Source: Myxococcota bacterium
Lineage (GTDB): Bacteria > Myxococcota_A > UBA9160 > SZUA-336
Length of the DNA stretch: 64,000 nt
Assembly: GCA_965247115.1 (NCBI GenBank)
Contig: CBDFGR010000003.1
Coordinates: 704,001-768,000, forward strand
Direction of reading: 5' to 3'
Part shown: in pieces, positions 27,484 to 35,697 of the stretch
Numbering within the stretch: the first letter of the stretch is position 1
Layout: every line of letters starts with the position of its first letter
Made by a program: the position numbers and the translations under genes
The notes under the pieces: generated by a model
What the model saw: only the letters and a program-made list of their open reading frames with translations
What the model was told of the DNA's origin: nothing
Database searches by the model: none

Positions 27484-29310
27484 GTGCCTCTCAGCCGGTT
27501 CCTGCTCACGTGTCTCCTGCTGGTGGGTGCCACAGGAGGACTCGCCGGCGCGCACGAGGCGCACACGGACAGCGAGGTCCTGACGCCGAGCCTGGGATCG
27601 ATGGCGTTCGATCCTCCGCAACCCGGGTCCTACACGCTTCCCGTGCTCGGCGCGGCTGGCGACGGCACCGTACTCGATGTGGAGGGAGTGACCGAGCGGC
27701 TGCACACGTTGTACGCCGGCAGGATCGTGCTGTTGGCCTTCGTCTACAGCAGCTGCACGGACGCGAAAGGCTGCCCGCTCGCCCTCGCCGTCCTGAACCA
27801 GGTCAAGAGCCGCTTCGAGCTGGAGCAGGCGCTCTGGCGGGAGGCGCGTCTACTGACGCTCAGCTTCGACCCCGAGCGAGATACCCCAGCCGTGATGCGG
27901 GCGTACGGCGCGGGCTTCCGTACACGGAACTCCGACTGGCGCTTTCTGACTACGGCCTCCACGAGCGAACTCACCCCAATCCTGGAAGCGTACGGTCAGC
28001 CCATCCAGAGCGAGTACGATGCCGAGGGCAGAGCCACCGGGCAGTTTGCGCACGTCCTGCGGGTGTTCCTGATCGACAAGCAGCGGCGGATCCGCAACGT
28101 CTACAGCAGCTCCTTCCTCCACGCGGACCTGCTGCTGAACGACGTGCGCACGCTCCTCCTCGAAGAGCACAACGATGTAGCGGCGCCCCGCGCAAAGCGA
28201 CCCGTTCGAGGGGAAGCGCCCGTCGACTTGCGCGCCCTCGCAGAGCGGCCCTCGCTCGGCCTGCCCGCCGTACCCGTCCCGGCGGACAACTCGCTCACGA
28301 CGGACAGGATCGCCCTGGGACGCAAGCTCTTCTTCGATCGCCGCCTCTCACACAACGGCACGATCTCCTGCGCCATGTGCCACATCCCCGAGCAGGGCTT
28401 CACAAACCAGGAGCTCGCAACGGCCGTGGGGATCGAGGGCCGCACCGTCCGCCGCAACGCGCCTACGCTCTACAACGTCGGCTACGCCGAGCGCCTCCTC
28501 CACGACGGACGCGAGAGCCGCCTGGAGCGGCAGGTGTGGGGCCCGCTGCTCGCCAGGAACGAGATGGGCAACCCCGCAGTAGGCACCGTGCTCGAGCGCC
28601 TCGAGGCCCTGCCCGACTACGAGGGACTGTTCGAGCAGGCCTTTGCCGGCAGAGGCCCGGGAATGGAGACGCTGGGGATGGCGCTGGCGAGCTATGAGCG
28701 CACGCTGATCGCGGGCAACAGCCCGTTCGACCGCTGGCACTTCGCTGGCGAGACCGATGCGCTCAGCCCAGCAGCGGTGCGTGGTTTTCACCTCTTCTCG
28801 ACCGCGGCCGCGTGCGTGTCCTGCCACCGGATCGACCGCGAGACTGCGCTCTTCACCGACCACCGCATGCACAACACGGGGATCGGCTACGAGCGCTCGA
28901 TGGGAGCGGGCCCGACGCGGCAGAGAATCGAGATCGCTCCGGGAACCTACGTTGAGCTGGAAGGCAAGACGCTCGAGTCGATCTCCGAGACTCCTCCGAG
29001 CGACCTCGGGCTCTACGAAATCACACTCGATCCGCGTGATCGCTGGAGGTACAAGACACCCTCGCTGCGCAACGTCGCTCTCACCCCTCCGTACATGCAC
29101 GACGGCTCGCTCGCCACACTGCGCCAGGTCGTCGACTTCTACAACGCGGGTGGGATCGAAAACGAGACGCTCGACCCCTTGATGCGACCGCTCGGGCTGA
29201 GTAGTCAGGATGTCGAGGATCTGGTGGCCTTTCTCGAATCGCTCAGTGGAGACAACGTGGATCTTCTGGTCCGGGACGCTCTGTCCGCGCCGATCGGCGA
29301 CCCGCGCTAG
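27484..29310 (+). CDS. SCO1/SenC domain fused to a MauG-like diheme cytochrome c peroxidase
   Basis: YSSCTDAKGCP, SFDPERDTP, AHVLRVFLID; then LGRKLFFDRRLS, CAMCH, RNAPTL, CVSCH, KTPSLRNVALTPPYMHDGS. Confidence 0.88.
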   Translation: MPLSRFLLTCLLLVGATGGLAGAHEAHTDSEVLTPSLGSMAFDPPQPGSYTLPVLGAAGDGTVLDVEGVTERLHTLYAGRIVLLAFVYSSCTDAKGCPLALAVLNQVKSRFELEQALWREARLLTLSFDPERDTPAVMRAYGAGFRTRNSDWRFLTTASTSELTPILEAYGQPIQSEYDAEGRATGQFAHVLRVFLIDKQRRIRNVYSSSFLHADLLLNDVRTLLLEEHNDVAAPRAKRPVRGEAPVDLRALAERPSLGLPAVPVPADNSLTTDRIALGRKLFFDRRLSHNGTISCAMCHIPEQGFTNQELATAVGIEGRTVRRNAPTLYNVGYAERLLHDGRESRLERQVWGPLLARNEMGNPAVGTVLERLEALPDYEGLFEQAFAGRGPGMETLGMALASYERTLIAGNSPFDRWHFAGETDALSPAAVRGFHLFSTAAACVSCHRIDRETALFTDHRMHNTGIGYERSMGAGPTRQRIEIAPGTYVELEGKTLESISETPPSDLGLYEITLDPRDRWRYKTPSLRNVALTPPYMHDGSLATLRQVVDFYNAGGIENETLDPLMRPLGLSSQDVEDLVAFLESLSGDNVDLLVRDALSAPIGDPR

Positions 29311-30101
29311 GGGCGAGCTACAACGGGGCGGACACCCGGCGTCTTCCAGCGCGAAAGGCCGCTCGGCTGGTACGTGAGGACCACAGCGCGTCGACTTCCC
29401 GTGCTCCCGTTGCTGCGCGAGCCGTGCACGACGTAGCCGTCGAAGAAGATCACGGATCCGGCTGGTGCCTCGATCGGTAGCGGCTCCGGCTCCTCGATCG
29501 TGGAGAGATCCGTGTACAGGCGGCCGAGCACGCCACGATCTTCGAGGACAGGCAGGTTCCCCTGCGTGTGAGAGCCGGGAATCACCCAGAGGCAGCCGTT
29601 GTCTACGCGCGCGTCGTCCAGATAGATCTGCAGGCTCGAGAGTCGATCGAGGTGGTCGCAGCCGAACGCCCAGTACGGTGCGTCCTGATGCCACGGGAAG
29701 GGCGCACCGAGAGGTCGTTTGAAGTTCAGCTTGTCCGTGAAGAGGCTGACCGCATCCGTGCCCAGGATGTCCAGCGCCGGTCCCCACGAGCGGGGATCAT
29801 CAACGAGGGCATCCAGGCGCCGATCGAGGTGCGTAACGGGCTCCATCGAGCGGATCTCCCGCGCCCCCGCGCGCCACTCCCACTTGATGGTCGAGCCGAG
29901 CAGCTCCTGGTACGGCTTGTCGTCGATCCACTCGATCGGCTCGGCTCCGGCTCCTGCTCCCGCAGCGACAACGGCGTCGTGAATGCCCTCGACCGCCTCA
30001 CGCAGGGGGTCGAGCTCATGCTCCGCGAATACCGCGCGACGAAGGAAGAAGCCGTCTGCTCGATAGCTCCGACGCTCAGCGCCTGTTGCCCCCTCGCCCA
30101 A
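29307..30101 (-). CDS. Phytanoyl-CoA dioxygenase (PhyH) family Fe(II)/2OG enzyme
   Basis: WHQD, NGCLWVIPGSH, VHGSRSN..RR. Confidence 0.9.
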   Translation of the reverse strand: MGEGATGAERRSYRADGFFLRRAVFAEHELDPLREAVEGIHDAVVAAGAGAGAEPIEWIDDKPYQELLGSTIKWEWRAGAREIRSMEPVTHLDRRLDALVDDPRSWGPALDILGTDAVSLFTDKLNFKRPLGAPFPWHQDAPYWAFGCDHLDRLSSLQIYLDDARVDNGCLWVIPGSHTQGNLPVLEDRGVLGRLYTDLSTIEEPEPLPIEAPAGSVIFFDGYVVHGSRSNGSTGSRRAVVLTYQPSGLSRWKTPGVRPVVARP

Positions 30102-30161
30102 GCCGCTCTCCTCTCACGATCCAGCTTGCAGGCGCCGCCCCGAGCAGTCAACCTCCTCGCC

Positions 30162-31103
30162 GTGATCATCGTGACGGGCGGGGCGGGCTTCATCGGCAGC
30201 AGCCTGGTGAAGGCACTCAACGACCGGGGACGAACGGACATCCTGGTCGTGGACGAGCTGATGGACGGCCGGAAGTTCCGGAACCTCGTCGACTGCGAGC
30301 TCATCGACCTGGTCGACAAGGACGACTTTCGAGAGCGGCTGCTCTGGGGGGAAGAGATCGGTCACGTCGATGCCGTCTTTCACCAGGGCGCGTGCTCCAA
30401 CACCATGGAGTGGGACGGCCAGTACCTGCTGCGAACAAACTACGAGTACTCGAAGGCACTCCTCGATTTCTGTGAAGTCCGCGGCATACCGCTCATCTAC
30501 GCCTCGTCCGCGGCGGTGTACGGAGCCGGCCCGGAGTTCCGGGAGGACCCTCACTGCGAGTCCCCACTCAACATGTACGCGTACTCCAAGCTCCTGTTCG
30601 ACCAGTACGTGCGGAGGCGCTCGGATCAAAGCCGCTCTCAAGTAGTCGGGCTGCGCTACTTCAACGTCTACGGCGTGCGCGAGCAGGCGAAGGACGAGAT
30701 GGCCAGTGTGGCGTTCAAGCTGAATCGTCAGCTGGGGGAAGGCTCGCGGGTTACTCTGTTCGAAGGCTCGGACGGCTACCCGGACGGTGGCCAGCTCCGG
30801 GACTTCGTCTACGTCGGCGACGTCTGCAACGTGAACCTCTGGCTTCTGGAGCACCCGCAGGTGAACGGCGTCTTCAACGTCGGCTCAGGTCGCGCACAGA
30901 GCTTCAACGAGGTGGCCCGTGCCGTGATCGGCTATCACGGGCGCGGTGAGATCGAGTACGTCCCTATCCCGGCCGAGCTGCGCGATTCCTACCAGAGCTT
31001 TACGCAGGCCGATCTCACGGCGCTGCGAAGGGCCGGATACGAGGCCCCCTTCCTCGCTGTAGAAGAAGGGGTACCTCTCACGCTGAAAGAGCTGAACGCC
31101 TAG
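30162..31103 (+). CDS. hldD: ADP-L-glycero-D-manno-heptose 6-epimerase
   Basis: IIVTGGAGFIGS, FHQGACS, YASSAAVYG, YAYSK, RYFNVYG, MASVAF, RDFVYV, YQSFTQAD. Confidence 0.95.
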   Translation: MIIVTGGAGFIGSSLVKALNDRGRTDILVVDELMDGRKFRNLVDCELIDLVDKDDFRERLLWGEEIGHVDAVFHQGACSNTMEWDGQYLLRTNYEYSKALLDFCEVRGIPLIYASSAAVYGAGPEFREDPHCESPLNMYAYSKLLFDQYVRRRSDQSRSQVVGLRYFNVYGVREQAKDEMASVAFKLNRQLGEGSRVTLFEGSDGYPDGGQLRDFVYVGDVCNVNLWLLEHPQVNGVFNVGSGRAQSFNEVARAVIGYHGRGEIEYVPIPAELRDSYQSFTQADLTALRRAGYEAPFLAVEEGVPLTLKELNA

Positions 31104-31108
31104 ACGCC

Positions 31109-31140
31109 TGCTCGCAGCGAGACGTCTTCTCGCTTGCGAG
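31109..31140. terminator. Hairpin between convergent hldD and hsp20
   Basis: ctcgcagcgaga-cgtct-tctcgcttgcgag, near-perfect stem with one bulge; no U-tract. Confidence 0.5.
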
Positions 31141-31143
31141 ACG

Positions 31144-31518
31144 TCAGCTCGCGGCGACCTCGATGCGCCGGGCTTGCGCCCTGGCGACCTTCGGCAGCTC
31201 GAGCTCCAGGACTCCGTCGCGCATGCTGGCCCGGATCCCCTCGAGGTCGATCGAGTTCGAGAGGGTGAAGCGCTTCAGGTAGTTGCCTACGCGGTACTCC
31301 GTGTAGACGGGCGACAGGTTCTCGTAGTCCTCTGCGGACGCGCTTCCGGCCACAGACAGGACGCCGTCGTGCAGGTGAACGTCGACGGAACTGTCCTCTA
31401 CGCCGGGCATGTCCGCCCAGAGCCAGAGCTTGTCCTCCGTCTCCCAGATGTCCACGTGCGGCTCGTAGACCCGCCCCGGGCGTGTCGTCTCGGTGGACTG
31501 TTCGGCTTGCTCGCTCAT
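31144..31518 (-). CDS. Hsp20/alpha-crystallin small heat shock protein
   Basis: PHVDIWET, ADMPGV, RFTL, DGVLELELPK. Confidence 0.9.
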   Translation of the reverse strand: MSEQAEQSTETTRPGRVYEPHVDIWETEDKLWLWADMPGVEDSSVDVHLHDGVLSVAGSASAEDYENLSPVYTEYRVGNYLKRFTLSNSIDLEGIRASMRDGVLELELPKVARAQARRIEVAAS

Positions 31519-31961
31519 GCTGTCTTCACCTCGATCTGGCGAGGGCGTACCTCCTCGCGCAGGGGGATGCGGACGGTCAGGACGCCGTTCTTGCACGTGG
31601 CAGCCGCGCGCGATGTGTCGAACTCCCGCGGAACGTGCAGGGAGCGCGAGAACTCTCCGTGCGCGCGTTCGCGCCGATGAGCACTTGCACCCGCCGGAGG
31701 AGCGGTTTCGCGCTTGCCGGAAATCACGAGATCCTGGTTCCGACCCTCGACCTCGATGGCTTCGGGCGAAAAGCCGGGAACCTCGGCGCGAATGACGAGC
31801 CCGTCGTCATCGCGGAACACGTTCACGGGCGGGCTGGCTCCTCGACCCGACAGGCCGAGCTCGAAGCCGCGTGGCTTCTCGAACACGCCCTCCAGCCGGT
31901 CCTGGAGGCGCAGCAGGGCATCCACGGGATCGCGGTCCCAAGAATGAGAGAAAAGGGGCAT
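31515..31961 (-). CDS. Hsp20/alpha-crystallin small heat shock protein
   Basis: PPVNVF, AEVPG, RRERAHGEFSRSL, NGVLTVRIP; SD GGAGG. Confidence 0.9.
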   Translation of the reverse strand: MPLFSHSWDRDPVDALLRLQDRLEGVFEKPRGFELGLSGRGASPPVNVFRDDDGLVIRAEVPGFSPEAIEVEGRNQDLVISGKRETAPPAGASAHRRERAHGEFSRSLHVPREFDTSRAAATCKNGVLTVRIPLREEVRPRQIEVKTA

Positions 31962-32091
31962 GGGTTACCTCCACTTCGCCGGCTTTCGTTCGTCCGGCTT
32001 CCGATTCTCAAGAACGCTAAGTACGGCCCGCGCCGCGTCAAGCGTGAAATTCAACTGCGCACTCCACACCGCAGGAGTAGAATGCCAGCGA

Positions 32092-33240
32092 GTGGCCCAC
32101 TCCCGTTGCATACAGCATTTGCGTGACTACGTTGCGATCCCGTCCGTCAATCCGATGCGACGGACAGACATCCCGCCGGAGATCGCATGCGAGCGACGCT
32201 ACGCGGAGCACATGCGTGAGCAGCTTCGGCACCTGGGACTGGACGCGGAGCTGGTCGGAGACCCCGAACGACCGTCTGTGATCGCCGAGGCGCGTCCGCA
32301 AGGAGCGACACGTACGCTGCTCGTCGCCTCGCACCTCGACACCGTGCCGGTAGACGGAATGGAGATCGAGCCCTTCGATCCTCGGCTCGAGGGCGGGCGT
32401 CTCTACGGGCGAGGCTCGTGCGACACAAAGGCCGGCATGGCCGCGCTCATCGACGCGCTGGAGGTCGCGCTCCATCAGGACAGCTTGCGCTGCAACCTGA
32501 TCGTGGTCGGAGAGGCGGACGAGGAGCTCGGAAGTGCCGGGGCTCAGGCCGTCTTACACCACCTGGAGTCGAGACCGCCGGACTGGATGATCGCCACGGA
32601 GCCCACCGACTTGCGCGTGGTGACACATCACAAGGGAATCGCGCTGGCAGGCCTGGTAGCACGGGGTGTCGCCTGCCACAGCTCGAACCCGGCGCTGGGC
32701 CGGAACGCAATCGTCTCGCTCTCGCACGCGGTCGTCGCGCTGGAGAAGCTCGCCTCCGAGATCTCGGAACGAAGAGACCCTGTCCTAGGACGACCGACGC
32801 TGTCGATCGGGGTGGTTGGTGGTGGTCACTCGCCGAACATCGTCCCGGATCACGCCTGGCTGACGCTGGATCGACGCTTGCTCCCGGGAGAAGCCCCGGA
32901 GTCCGTGCGAGCCGAAATCGAGAGCTGCCTGCAGAAGTACGAGCTCGATAACGTGGAGGTCGACTGGTGCTCGCTGGAGAAGCCCGCGCTGGCCACCGAC
33001 GCGGAGTCGCTCGCAGTCCGCGCCTGCCAGCGTGCTCTCGTTGAAGAGCCACTCCCGAGCGACGCGGCAGCGGTCGCGTTCGGGACGGACGCCGGCCTCT
33101 TCGCCCAGAGTGGCATCCCTAGCGTCGTGATGGGACCCGGCTCGATCGAGCAGGCGCACACGTCACGAGAGTGGGTCGATGTGGCACAGGTCGAGACCAT
33201 GGCACGCCTGTTCCGCCGCATGCTCGAAGACCCCAGCTAG
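32092..33240 (+). CDS. M20 family metallo-hydrolase (ArgE/DapE-like)
   Basis: SHLDTVP, GRGSCDTKAG, DEELG, TEPT, GTDAG, GPGSIEQAH. Confidence 0.9.
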   Translation: MAHSRCIQHLRDYVAIPSVNPMRRTDIPPEIACERRYAEHMREQLRHLGLDAELVGDPERPSVIAEARPQGATRTLLVASHLDTVPVDGMEIEPFDPRLEGGRLYGRGSCDTKAGMAALIDALEVALHQDSLRCNLIVVGEADEELGSAGAQAVLHHLESRPPDWMIATEPTDLRVVTHHKGIALAGLVARGVACHSSNPALGRNAIVSLSHAVVALEKLASEISERRDPVLGRPTLSIGVVGGGHSPNIVPDHAWLTLDRRLLPGEAPESVRAEIESCLQKYELDNVEVDWCSLEKPALATDAESLAVRACQRALVEEPLPSDAAAVAFGTDAGLFAQSGIPSVVMGPGSIEQAHTSREWVDVAQVETMARLFRRMLEDPS

Positions 33241-33264
33241 CCGTTGCAGCTCAGGAGGCCAACA

Positions 33265-35652
33265 ATGAAGAAGAAGCACCGTCTCGGTTCTGTCCAGTTG
33301 AGTTTGTTGCTGATTTTGGTTGGCTGCTCGGACGGCTCGGAACATGCGCAGGAGACCGGACAGAATGTCACGAGCGCCCGGGGCGCGCCGTACCGCACGG
33401 TCTTGCCGCTTCCTGACCCGGAATACCCAAAGATCACCGAGCTGGATGCCCGCAATGCAGAGGCCCCGCCTCCGCTATTGATAAGCGCCCCGGAAGGTGC
33501 ACCCAACGTTGTCATCGTGCTGATCGACGACATCGGTTTCGGGGCCGCGGCGGGATTCGGTGGCGCCATCCAGACGCCGACCTTGGATCGCCTTGCGCAA
33601 GACGGGTTGCGCTACAACCAGTTCCACACCACGGCGCTTTGCTCGCCTACCCGCATGGCAATCCTGACCGGGCGCAATCATCACTCGGCAAACACGGGCT
33701 CGGTCATGGAAGTGGCGACCGGATTTCCCGGGAACAGGGGCCAGCGTCCGCAAAGCGTTGCACCACTCGCCGAGATGCTGCGCTTGAACGGCTACAGCAC
33801 AGCGGCTTTCGGCAAGTACCACGAGACGGCGCCGTGGGAGGTGAGCGTATCGGGCCCGTTCGACCGCTGGCCGACCAATTCCGGCTTCGACAAGTTTTAT
33901 GGCTTCATCGGAGGTGAGACCAATCATTTCGCGCCCGTCCTTCACGACGGCACGACACCGGTGGAGCTGGCCGACGATCCCAACTACCACTTCACCACGG
34001 ACATGACCAATCAGGCAATTACCTGGGCGCGTTCCCAACAGTCGCTCACGCCGGACAAGCCGTTCTTCCTCTACTTCGCCACCGGAGCCACCCACGCACC
34101 GCACCACGTACCTGCGGATTGGGTGGACCGGTACAAGGGCAAGTTTGACGACGGCTGGGATGCATACAGGGAACAGACGCTCGCACGTCAAATAGCGCTG
34201 GGTGTCGTACCGCCGGGTACCAAGATGGCGAGCAAGCCAGCGGATATCGCCGACTGGGATGCGTTGTCTGCGGAGAAGAAACGACTCTACGCCCGCCAGA
34301 TGGAGGTTTTCGCGGCCTTTGCAGAACACACCGACTACGAGGTCGGCCGGCTGGCCGCTGCCATCGAGGCGATGGGGGAGATGGACAACACGCTCTTCAT
34401 GTACGTCTTCGGTGACAACGGTTCGAGTGCCGAAGGAGGGCTGACCGGGACGTTCAACGAGACCATCGTGCTCAACGGCTTGTCGGACCCGGTCGAGGAT
34501 CAGTTGGAGCACCTGGATGAGTGGGGCGGTTCCAAGTCATACCCGCACTTCCAGGCGGGCTGGGCCGTGGCCACCAACACGCCCTTCCAGTGGACCAAGC
34601 AGGTGGCCTCGCACTACGGCGGCACCCGCAACCCGCTGGTCGTACACTGGCCCGAAGGCATCAAGGCGAAGGGCGAGATTCGCTCGCAGTGGCACCACGT
34701 GACAGACCTTGCCCCGACCGTGATGGAGGCAGCGGGGCTGCCGTTTCCAAACTCGGTCAATGGCGCAGTTCAAAAGCCCTTTGAAGGTGTGAGCCTGATC
34801 TATTCTTTCGATGCTCCGGATGCTGCGGATCGACACACCACGCAGTACTTCGAAATGTTCGGTAACCGAGCGATCTACGATGACGGCTGGGTGGCTGCCA
34901 CCAAACACCGGACGCCGTGGGCGGCGGCGCCGGATGGACCGCTCGACCAGGACAAGTGGGAGCTGTATCACGTTGCCGAGGACTTCAGTCAGTCAAACGA
35001 CCTCGCCGCCTCGAACCCGGACAAGCTTGAGGAGCTGCAGGATCTCTTCATCGAGGAAGCAATCAAATACAACGTTCTGCCGCTGGACGATCGCGTCTTC
35101 GAGCGCTTCAACGCCGCGATCGCGGGCAGGCCGGATCTGATGGGCGACCGCACATCCCTCACGGTGTATCCCGGCATGACCCATATGACGGAGAACGCCT
35201 TCGTCAATGTCAAGAATCGCTCACACACGATCACGGCACAGGTCGAGATTCCACAAGGTGGTGGGGAAGGCGTGATTCTGGCTCAGGGCGGGCGCTTCGC
35301 CGGCTGGAGTCTCTATATGAAGGAAGGCAAGGTTTCCTACGTGCATAACTGGGTCGGCAAGGAGCGGTACACCATCACCGCGCCGGAGCCAGTGATCCCC
35401 GGTAAGGCGACGATCCGCTACCGGTTCTCGTACGAGGGCGACAAGCCCGGTTCGGGCGGTACGGGAACGATCTCCGTGAACGGGCAGAAGGTGGCAGAGG
35501 GCCGGATCGGGAACACCACGCCGTTCCTCTTTTCTGCTGACGAGACCGCCGATGTGGGCATGGACAAGGCCACTCCCGTGACCGAAGACTATGCCGAGGG
35601 CGACAACGACTTCACTGGAAAGATCGAGAAGGTGACGGTGGAGCTGCTGTAG
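33265..35652 (+). CDS. Arylsulfatase (Cys-type) lipoprotein with C-terminal beta-sandwich domain
   Basis: Lipobox LVGC, PNVVIVLIDD, CSPTRMAILTGR, GKYHE, HAPHH, GDNG. Confidence 0.92.
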   Translation: MKKKHRLGSVQLSLLLILVGCSDGSEHAQETGQNVTSARGAPYRTVLPLPDPEYPKITELDARNAEAPPPLLISAPEGAPNVVIVLIDDIGFGAAAGFGGAIQTPTLDRLAQDGLRYNQFHTTALCSPTRMAILTGRNHHSANTGSVMEVATGFPGNRGQRPQSVAPLAEMLRLNGYSTAAFGKYHETAPWEVSVSGPFDRWPTNSGFDKFYGFIGGETNHFAPVLHDGTTPVELADDPNYHFTTDMTNQAITWARSQQSLTPDKPFFLYFATGATHAPHHVPADWVDRYKGKFDDGWDAYREQTLARQIALGVVPPGTKMASKPADIADWDALSAEKKRLYARQMEVFAAFAEHTDYEVGRLAAAIEAMGEMDNTLFMYVFGDNGSSAEGGLTGTFNETIVLNGLSDPVEDQLEHLDEWGGSKSYPHFQAGWAVATNTPFQWTKQVASHYGGTRNPLVVHWPEGIKAKGEIRSQWHHVTDLAPTVMEAAGLPFPNSVNGAVQKPFEGVSLIYSFDAPDAADRHTTQYFEMFGNRAIYDDGWVAATKHRTPWAAAPDGPLDQDKWELYHVAEDFSQSNDLAASNPDKLEELQDLFIEEAIKYNVLPLDDRVFERFNAAIAGRPDLMGDRTSLTVYPGMTHMTENAFVNVKNRSHTITAQVEIPQGGGEGVILAQGGRFAGWSLYMKEGKVSYVHNWVGKERYTITAPEPVIPGKATIRYRFSYEGDKPGSGGTGTISVNGQKVAEGRIGNTTPFLFSADETADVGMDKATPVTEDYAEGDNDFTGKIEKVTVELL

Positions 35653-35697
35653 GCGCGATCATTTGCGCCCGGCGGGATCTCGGCCGAACCTGTCCGG

